A stretch of 56,884 bases of DNA from Planctomycetaceae bacterium (GTDB taxonomy: Bacteria; Planctomycetota; Planctomycetia; Pirellulales; UBA1268): the NCBI GenBank assembly GCA_046075685.1, contig JBJTQP010000208.1:1-56884 (forward strand), written 5' to 3'. Of the stretch, positions 48,401-56,884 are shown piece by piece. Below the pieces are notes generated by a model that did no database searches, was not told where the DNA came from, and worked only from the letters and a program-made list of their open reading frames with translations. The translations under genes and the position numbers were made by a program. How positions within the stretch are numbered: the stretch's first letter is position 1; the number at the start of each line of letters is the position of its first letter.

Positions 48401-48595
48401 ATGCAGGACGCCGTCGCCATCGCCGTGTCGATCGCCGCCGGGCTGTGGCTCGTCCGCACGCTCTGGAGGCAGATGGCCGCCCCGTCGTGCGGGAAGGCGG
48501 CGAATCCAGCCGGCGCCGACGGCTTCGTGCCGCTCGGCGACGTCGCCAGAGGTGGAAAAAAACCGGGGCGCCCTGACGGACGCCCCGGCTCGTGA
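48401..48595 (+). CDS. Small single-TM protein, FeoB-associated membrane protein-like
   Basis: Starts 4 nt after feoB stop; N-terminal TM helix then SCG motif. Confidence 0.55.
   Translation: MQDAVAIAVSIAAGLWLVRTLWRQMAAPSCGKAANPAGADGFVPLGDVARGGKKPGRPDGRPGS
48556..48588 (-). terminator. Rho-independent terminator of groESL
   Basis: Minus strand CCGGGGCGTCC-GTCA-GGGCGCCCCGG followed by T7, about 50 bp after the groEL stop. Confidence 0.85.
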
Positions 48596-48638
48596 TTCCG
48601 ACTGGCATTGATCGCCGCAGCGCGACCGCGGCCTGAAA

Positions 48639-50689
<2,051 letters not shown>

Positions 50690-50818
50690 GGATTGGGCAC
50701 CTCGTTCGGGAGTTTGTCCGGCCTGAGTTTTGGTTCCTCGTGCCGCCATCGCGGGCGTCGGCAACCGGGCGGCTGACGCCTGCCCAAATTGACCGAGGAG
50801 GAAACACCCCACGAGGGA

Positions 50819-50835
50819 AGCAAGTCGCGCGCCGG
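50819..50835 (-). promoter_or_regulatory. Putative sigma-54 (-24/-12) promoter of groESL
   Basis: Minus strand CCGGCGCGCGACTTGCT: GG-N10-GC with TTGCT, about 130 bp upstream of groES. Confidence 0.6.
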
Positions 50836-50923
50836 ATCGCAGTGAGCCCTTGGAAACGAATAGTTTTGAGCGTGTTTTTGGCGGTGACTCGCGGGTGGAT
50901 GACGTCCTGGCCGCCACCGCTTC

Positions 50924-50946
50924 GCCGCTGCCAATCTGGCAGCGGC
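50924..50946. promoter_or_regulatory. Palindrome GCCGCTGCCA-ATC-TGGCAGCGGC, candidate enhancer (UAS) or operator
   Basis: Perfect 10 bp arms, about 90-110 bp upstream of the -24 element. Confidence 0.55.
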
Positions 50947-51141
50947 CACGGCCGATCGGCCGGACCTTGCCCAGGAAGACGGCTGCGTGAGGATTCAACC
51001 CCCGGTCTTCGGCACATCCCCTCGGACGGTCGGGCCCGTGATGAAGCTCCGCTCATGGAAAACCCGCCCCGCAGCGGCTAGGCTGCGGTCGAGGACGCGG
51101 TTCTCCACCATCCCCATCCCGCAGGCCATGCCAGGTCGCCC

Positions 51142-51516
51142 ATGCCCACGCCCAGTTCGCCCATGCCCACGCACAAGCGAATCGACGTCTCCAAGGTCAA
51201 CGACGTGACCGTCGTGCGGTTCATGGATCGCAAGATCCTTGACGAGGCCGGAATCCAGGAACTGGGTGCGGAACTGTTCTCGCTGATCGAGCACGACAAC
51301 CGACGGAGCATTCTCCTCAACTTCGATCAGGTCGATTTCCTGTCCAGTGCCGCTCTCGGCAAGCTGATCACGCTCGACCGCAAGGTGAAGTCGGCCCAAG
51401 GTCGGCTGAAGATGTGTGGCGTCCGGCCCGAGATCCTCGAGATCTTTCAGGTCACGAAGTTGAACAAGGTGTTCGACATCCGCGGGGATGAGGCCGAGGC
51501 GATCTCGGCGTTCTGA
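51142..51516 (+). CDS. STAS-domain anti-sigma factor antagonist
   Basis: ILLNFDQVDFLSSAALG (phospho-Ser motif), EILEIFQVTKL; start may be ATG 51163. Confidence 0.92.
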   Translation: MPTPSSPMPTHKRIDVSKVNDVTVVRFMDRKILDEAGIQELGAELFSLIEHDNRRSILLNFDQVDFLSSAALGKLITLDRKVKSAQGRLKMCGVRPEILEIFQVTKLNKVFDIRGDEAEAISAF

Positions 51517-51567
51517 GCGGAAAATCGCCCGGGATGGACCATCCAACGGGCGTGTGGGGCTGACACC

Positions 51568-51993
51568 ATGGCGGATCACTCTCCCTCCGGCGTCTGGCGA
51601 GTCGCGGTCGACCTGTCCAGCGAGCGCGGCGCGAACCGGCAGGTGACCGACGAACTCCTGGCCCAGCTTGGGGCCCACGGGTGGCCGGAATCCGATGTGT
51701 TTGCGATCCACCTCGCCGTCGAGGAGGCGATCGTCAATGCGATCGTGCATGGCAACAAGCTCGATCCAGCCAAGAAGGTGCACGTGGAGTGCGAGGTGTC
51801 GGAACGACGGGCCCTCGTCTCGATCACCGACGAAGGACGCGGGTTCAACCCCGCAACCCTTCCCGACTGCACCGCGGACGATCGCCTCGAGGCGCCCGGC
51901 GGCCGCGGCGTGATGCTGATGCGGTCGTTCATGACCCGCGTGCATTACAACGCCACCGGCAACGCGGTCGAGTTGGAAAAGCGTCGCGAGTAA
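51568..51993 (+). CDS. RsbW-like anti-sigma factor / Ser kinase (HATPase_c_2)
   Basis: LAVEEAIVNAIVHGN, ITDEGRGF, GGRGVMLMRSFM, GN.V.L.K. Confidence 0.92.
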   Translation: MADHSPSGVWRVAVDLSSERGANRQVTDELLAQLGAHGWPESDVFAIHLAVEEAIVNAIVHGNKLDPAKKVHVECEVSERRALVSITDEGRGFNPATLPDCTADDRLEAPGGRGVMLMRSFMTRVHYNATGNAVELEKRRE

Positions 51994-52017
51994 TCCCCGT
52001 CAGCGGGCTCCCCATCG

Positions 52018-52046
52018 GTGTACGCGAGGCTTGATCTCGTATACAC
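52018..52046. promoter_or_regulatory. Putative GntR operator upstream of the gntR gene
   Basis: Imperfect IR GTGTACGCGAG-N7-CTCGTATACAC containing GTATAC and a TACACT -10-like hexamer. Confidence 0.45.
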
Positions 52047-52112
52047 TTTGGAGTGTTCCGGGGACGTGGCATGATTTTCTCCCCGCCAAGCCTGTCCGAG
52101 GAGCTTCCCGCC

Positions 52113-52838
52113 ATGCCCGCCCGCACCGCCACCCCCAAGCGATCCATCGCTGTTCGCGAACTGATCGAGGAGCGGATCGTCGATGGACGATATCCGCCCG
52201 GCATGCGGCTCGACGAGGTAACGCTCGCCGCGGAGTTCAGTGTGTCGCGGACGCCGATCCGCGAGACCCTGATCCAGTTGAGTTCCTCGGGCATGGTCGA
52301 TCTTCGCCCCCGCTGCGGGGCGGTCGTCGCCGACGTCAGCCCGCATCGGCTCTGCGAGATGTTCGAGGTGATGGCCGAACTGGAGGCCATGTGCGGGCGG
52401 CTGGCGGCCCGCAGGATCACCGACGAGGAACAGGCGGAACTACTCACCGCACACGAGGCGTGCGGTGAAGCGCGTGAGTCGGGATCCGCCGACGGCTATT
52501 TTGCCCGCAACGAGACGTTTCACCAGGCGATCTACCGGGCCGGCCACAATGCCTTCCTGGCGGAGCAGGCCGTCCAGCTCCAGCGACGGCTGCGACCGTT
52601 CCGGCGGCTTCAACTCCGGATTCGCAACCGCGTCGGCGCGTCGTTCGCCGAGCACCAGGGGATCGTCGACGCGATCGTCGCCGGAGACGGCGAGGCGGCG
52701 GCAAAACTACTCCGCGAGCATGTCATCGTGCAGGGCGAGCGATACGGAGACCTGGTGGCGTCGATCAGCCAGATCAAGTCGACGGCCGCGCCGCGGCCGC
52801 AGCGTAAGGCGGCCCGGCGGCGACCGCGCGGTGGCTAG
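52113..52838 (+). CDS. GntR family (FadR/FCD) transcriptional regulator
   Basis: GAGGAG RBS; PGMRL.E..LA.EFSVSRTPIRE HTH; FCD motifs N..FH..I and EH..IVDAI..GD. Confidence 0.94.
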   Translation: MPARTATPKRSIAVRELIEERIVDGRYPPGMRLDEVTLAAEFSVSRTPIRETLIQLSSSGMVDLRPRCGAVVADVSPHRLCEMFEVMAELEAMCGRLAARRITDEEQAELLTAHEACGEARESGSADGYFARNETFHQAIYRAGHNAFLAEQAVQLQRRLRPFRRLQLRIRNRVGASFAEHQGIVDAIVAGDGEAAAKLLREHVIVQGERYGDLVASISQIKSTAAPRPQRKAARRRPRGG

Positions 52839-52857
52839 CGTGGCCCGTCGGACGAGG

Positions 52858-55155
52858 ATGATCACCGTGAGACAGGCGTGGGCGATGATCACGGTGGCCG
52901 CAACGCTCCTCGCAGGAGCGGCGGCACAGGCAGGACCACAGGCGGCGATCGGTGCCGCGCAGCGGATGGTGGAGGCCGCCGCCCGGCCTGGCGCTGCCTA
53001 TCGGCCCGAGCCGACCACCACCCTCGACGACTTTCCGGACCTTGAGGCGGACGACCGCCTTGATCGCTTCGGAGGCCTGGCGTCGCGGCGGGCCCGGGCG
53101 ACGGGCTTCTTCAGGACCGAGCGGATCGACGGCCGCTGGTGGCTGGTCGATCCCGACGGCGGCCTGTTCATCAGCCGCGGCCTCAACTCCGTGGCCCTGG
53201 TGAAGACGGCCGGCGGCAGGGCGGCGCTCGAGCAGGCGTTCGGCTCCGAACGCGGCTGGGCGGACGCGACGACCCGGCTCATCCGCGCGGCCGGTTTCAA
53301 CACTGCGGGAGCGTGGTCGGCGCACGACCTTCTCGGCCGCGCGGCCGAACCCCTCGTGCAGCCCCGGCTGTGGAGCTTCATGTCGACCTATGGCAAGAAA
53401 CGCGGCGGCACCTTCATGCAGGCCGGACACGTCGGCTACCCGGGCGACTGCCCGTTCATCTTCGATCCGGAGTTTCCGGAGTTCTGCCGCGAGCACGCGC
53501 AGAAGGTCGCAGCCCTCCGCGACGACGCCCTCGTGCTCGGCCACTTCTCCGACAACGAGATGCCCTGGTCCCGCGGCATGCTCGACAACTTCCTGCGACT
53601 TCCGGCCGCAGACCCGGGGCACCTCGCCGCCCACGACTGGCTGGCGGGCCGCGGCCGGCGGCCCGACGGCATCACCGATGACGACCGGGCCGCCTTCCTC
53701 GAGTTCGCCGTCGACCGATACCTTTCGATCGTCGCCACGGCGATCCGCGCCGCCGACCCGAACCACCTCTTTCTCGGCGTCCGGCTGCATGAGCCGGTGT
53801 TCGATCTGCCCGAAGTGTTCCGCGCTGCCGGAAGGCACTGCGACGTGATCCCGGTGAACTACTATCGCGTCTGGACGCCGGACGAGCGGCAGATGGCGAT
53901 GTGGGCTCGCGAAGCCGGCCGGCCGTTCCTGATCACGGAGTTCTACGCCAAGGGGGCCGACAGCGGGCTGGGCAACACGTCGGGAGCCGGCTGGCTGGTG
54001 CGGACCCAGGGTGATCGCGGCCGCTTCTACCAGAACTTCGCCATCGCCCTGCTGCGGTCGCGGAACTGCGTCGGCTGGCACTGGCACCGCTACGCCGACA
54101 ACGACCCCGACGACACCTCGGTCGATCCCTCGAATCGCGACTCCAACAAGGGAATCGTCTCCGCCCGCTACGAGCCCTGGGCTCCGCTGGTGGCGGCGAT
54201 GACCGCGATGAATGCGCACGTGTACGCGGTCGTCGCCGCGATCGACCCGCCCCCGACTGCGGAATCCCGGCTGGAGCCGCCGCCAGTTGCAAAGCCAGCC
54301 GCAAAGCCGGCCGCAACGTCGGGCAAGAAGCCGCGGCAGGTGTCGTTTCCCGAGGACGTCCGCGTGGAACGGGACGTGGCCTACCTGTCGGCCGACCGCA
54401 GGCAGAAGGCCGACCTCTACTTCCCGCTGACGATGCCCGCAGGGCAACGACTGCCGGCCGTGATCATCATCCATGGCGGGGGATTCAACGACGGCGACAA
54501 GGACCGTCGCCGCGAGGTGAACATCGGCTCGCATCTCGCCCGGCGCGGCTACGTGGGCATGAGCATCGACTACCTGCTCTGGTCGAAGGGCATCAAGAAC
54601 CCCACCTGGCCGCGGAGCCTGCAGGACGCGAAGACGGCCGTCCGCTGGCTGCGAACCAACGCCGACAGGCTGGGCATCGACCCGGAGCGGATCGGCGTGA
54701 TCGGGGGCTCGGCCGGGGGCAACTTGGCGGCGATGCTGGCCGTCACCGGCCCGAAGGACGGCCTGGAGCCTCCCGGCGATGATGCCACTTCCACGGCCGT
54801 GCAGTGCGCGGTCGACCTCTACGGCGTGGCGGATCTGATGAACTACCACGACGTGAAGATGTTTCTCAAGACCCGGGAGGAGGATCCCGAGAGCTACCGG
54901 CAGGCCTCGCCGATCACCCACTGCGACCGGGGTGACGCGCCGGTGCTCCTGATCCATGGCACCGGTGACGAGGTGGTGAACGTGTCCCAGAGCCGCACGT
55001 TCGCTGCGGCGCTCACCGCAGGCGGTGTCGAGCACGAGCTCATCGAGATTCCCGACGCCCCCCACACCTTCGATCTCGACTACGAACCGTACGACGTGAA
55101 GGCGGCCGTCTTCCGGTTCCTCGACCGGCACCTCAAGGGCGCCGGAGCCCCCTGA
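52858..55155 (+). CDS. Secreted fusion: clan GH-A (GH50/agarase-like) glycoside hydrolase plus alpha/beta-hydrolase esterase
   Basis: Signal peptide; TGFFRTERIDGRWWLVDPDG, FSDNEMP, LITEFY, CVGWHW; P/A/K linker; IHGGGF, GGSAGG, HGTGD, PH. Confidence 0.85.
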   Translation: MITVRQAWAMITVAATLLAGAAAQAGPQAAIGAAQRMVEAAARPGAAYRPEPTTTLDDFPDLEADDRLDRFGGLASRRARATGFFRTERIDGRWWLVDPDGGLFISRGLNSVALVKTAGGRAALEQAFGSERGWADATTRLIRAAGFNTAGAWSAHDLLGRAAEPLVQPRLWSFMSTYGKKRGGTFMQAGHVGYPGDCPFIFDPEFPEFCREHAQKVAALRDDALVLGHFSDNEMPWSRGMLDNFLRLPAADPGHLAAHDWLAGRGRRPDGITDDDRAAFLEFAVDRYLSIVATAIRAADPNHLFLGVRLHEPVFDLPEVFRAAGRHCDVIPVNYYRVWTPDERQMAMWAREAGRPFLITEFYAKGADSGLGNTSGAGWLVRTQGDRGRFYQNFAIALLRSRNCVGWHWHRYADNDPDDTSVDPSNRDSNKGIVSARYEPWAPLVAAMTAMNAHVYAVVAAIDPPPTAESRLEPPPVAKPAAKPAATSGKKPRQVSFPEDVRVERDVAYLSADRRQKADLYFPLTMPAGQRLPAVIIIHGGGFNDGDKDRRREVNIGSHLARRGYVGMSIDYLLWSKGIKNPTWPRSLQDAKTAVRWLRTNADRLGIDPERIGVIGGSAGGNLAAMLAVTGPKDGLEPPGDDATSTAVQCAVDLYGVADLMNYHDVKMFLKTREEDPESYRQASPITHCDRGDAPVLLIHGTGDEVVNVSQSRTFAAALTAGGVEHELIEIPDAPHTFDLDYEPYDVKAAVFRFLDRHLKGAGAP

Positions 55156-55180
55156 CGACCACTCCGGAGACGACTCGCCC

Positions 55181-56407
55181 ATGTCCACCGCACCACTGTC
55201 CGGCATCCGGGTGCTCGACCTCACGCGGGTCCTCGCGGGCCCGTTCTGCACGATGGTGCTCGCCGACCTCGGCGCCGAGGTCGTGAAGATCGAGCGGCCG
55301 GGGGTGGGCGACGACGCCCGCCAGTTCGGTCCCTTCCTGCCGAGCGGCGAGAGCGGCTACTTCGCGAGCGTCAACCGCGGCAAGAAGAGCCTCGTGCTCG
55401 ATCTCAAGGATCCGACCGACCGCGCCACCTTCCTCGCGCTCGTCGACCGTGCCGATGTGGTGGTGGAGAACTTCCGTCCCGAGACGATGGAGCGGATGGG
55501 GCTGTCGAGCGACGTGCTCAGGGCCCGGAACCCGCGGCTGATTTATGCATCGGCGACCGGCTTTGGTCGCTCCGGGCCCGACGCCGACAAGCCGGCCTAC
55601 GACGTCATCATCCAGGCCCGCAGCGGCCTGATGAGCCTCACGGGGCACGCCGCCGATGAACCGGCCCGGGTGGGCTCGTCGATCAGCGACATCCTCGCCG
55701 GACTCTACACGGCGATCGGCGTCTGTGCGGCGCTCCGGGAGCGGGAGGGGACCGGCGTGGGCGGCGATCTCGACCTGGCGATGCTCGACTGCTCGGTGAG
55801 CGTGCTGGAAAACGCCGTCGCGCGGTATTCGCTCTCCGGTGAGCCACCCCGGCCGCTCGGCACCCGCCACCCGTCGATCGCTCCGTTCCAGGCGTTTCAT
55901 GCGGCCGATGGCGATCTCGTGATCGCGGCGGGAAACGACCAGCTGTGGAGGACGCTCTGCGGGGCCCTCGGCGACGAGTCGCTCGCCGACGACCCGCTGC
56001 TGGCCTCCAATCACGACCGCTGCACCCACGCGGCGCACCTCGAGACCCGGATCAACGCACTGCTCGCAGGCCGCTCCGTCGCCGAGTGCGTGGCGACCCT
56101 CGAGGATGCCGGGGTGCCGGCCGCTCCGATCAACGACATGTCGCACGTGCTCGGCGACCGGCAATTGGCCGCCCGCGAGATGTGGCACACGCTGACGGAT
56201 CGCGACGGTCGCGAACTGCTGACCGCGGCGACACCGTTTTGCATCGATGGCCGCAAGCCGCGGCTGGAGGGCGACTGGCCGCGGCTGGGAGAGCACGGCG
56301 CCGAAATCCTGCGGTCGTGGCTTGGAGACCGGATGGCTTCGCCGCCGGCCCACGGGCCGAAGCTCGGATCGGTACCTGAGGCTTCCCAGGGCTCGGGATC
56401 CCGCTGA
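55181..56407 (+). CDS. CoA-transferase family III (CaiB/BaiF)
   Basis: PLSGIRVLDLTRVLAGP, LADLGAEVVKIE, NRGKKS, DVVVENFRP, YD..IQA.SGLM, PRLGEH. Confidence 0.95.
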   Translation: MSTAPLSGIRVLDLTRVLAGPFCTMVLADLGAEVVKIERPGVGDDARQFGPFLPSGESGYFASVNRGKKSLVLDLKDPTDRATFLALVDRADVVVENFRPETMERMGLSSDVLRARNPRLIYASATGFGRSGPDADKPAYDVIIQARSGLMSLTGHAADEPARVGSSISDILAGLYTAIGVCAALREREGTGVGGDLDLAMLDCSVSVLENAVARYSLSGEPPRPLGTRHPSIAPFQAFHAADGDLVIAAGNDQLWRTLCGALGDESLADDPLLASNHDRCTHAAHLETRINALLAGRSVAECVATLEDAGVPAAPINDMSHVLGDRQLAAREMWHTLTDRDGRELLTAATPFCIDGRKPRLEGDWPRLGEHGAEILRSWLGDRMASPPAHGPKLGSVPEASQGSGSR

Positions 56408-56440
56408 AGGGAACGGTCTGTCGGCATCGATTCGCCCGCG

Positions 56441-56483
56441 CAAAGAATGTATACTTTCGTGTATCTTCCGCATACAGCATGCG
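56441..56483. promoter_or_regulatory. Cluster of GTATAC/GCATAC half-sites, putative GntR operator
   Basis: AT-rich CAAAGAATGTATACTT, TGTAT-N7-ATACA (56460-56476), GCATACAGCATGC; resembles the site at 52036-52050. Confidence 0.4.
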
Positions 56484-56884
56484 ATTGGGGTTTGTTCGTC
56501 ACTCGCCTTTGAGGATGTTTCATGGTCGCTCCCGATTGTCGCCGTCGCGGTTTCAGCTATGGAGGGGTTTGTCAACCCGCGTCGCTTTACTTTGTCATCG
56601 CGCACCTCCTCGGGAGCCGGCGGGCTCGTGGAGCGCAGGCCCTTCCACAGCCGGAGCGGAGCGAGTCCACCGGCAGGTCGACGCTCAATGGTCTGAAGGT
56701 GGTTGTGACCTCGAGGCGCCCTCGTGGGGGCCATTCACACTCACGGGATCTGGCCGTTGAGGTCGTGTCCCAAAAAGCCGGTCGAGCTACCGAGCCCCGT
56801 GTCTCACCCCGAGGTCCCGTCATCACTCACTCGTCAGGCCGCGACTGGATCGCGGCTCTTGGAGGGTTCGTCCTTTCGTTGAAG

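Noticed and set aside
50690-51141. CIRCE element upstream of groES
   Set aside because: No TTAGCACTC-N9-GAGTGCTAA match seen
52774-55251. 825 aa antisense ORF
   Set aside because: Shadow of the GH-esterase gene; in high-GC DNA the antisense frame lacks stops; no recognisable motifs
56479-56826. Short ORFs and possible riboswitch at window end
   Set aside because: No coding bias and no riboswitch consensus recognisable by eye; needs an Rfam scan

Overview
High-GC (roughly 70% by eye, not computed) bacterial chromosome segment, most likely Planctomycetota (Pirellulales-like). That call rests on a PEP-CTERM protein, a PQQ-like propeller, a zinc-ribbon SpoVG, a GroEL ending in GGDYDMY and several planctomycete-type hypotheticals. 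It holds about 55 CDS: housekeeping genes (rsmE, rlmN, ispE, ilvE, lolCDE-like, lysS, mog, hemB, queD, hisI, aqpZ, ahpC, bioD, feoAB, groESL), a ~15.5 kb surface-glycan locus (rmlBDAC, sulfotransferase-coiled coil-GT2-GT2, GT4, wzm/wzt, GT2s, epimerase, Wzy_C-TPR ligase), a PEP-CTERM endonuclease, and a GntR-linked glycoside hydrolase-esterase fusion next to a CoA-transferase. I saw no rRNA, tRNA, CRISPR array or transposase. The best candidates for new biology are: (1) a co-oriented Nif3-GT2-BshC-like-Eis-like GNAT cluster with mycothiol/bacillithiol-like logic; (2) a ~130 bp structured repeat present twice with compensatory base changes, embedded in different REP-like contexts; (3) a sigma-54-type, CIRCE-less groESL promoter with an upstream palindrome; (4) a possible sulfate-capped, ruler-controlled ABC-type glycan; (5) a translationally coupled EboB-like TatD-queD-hemB operon. 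All family calls come from motif recognition by eye; no database search was run.
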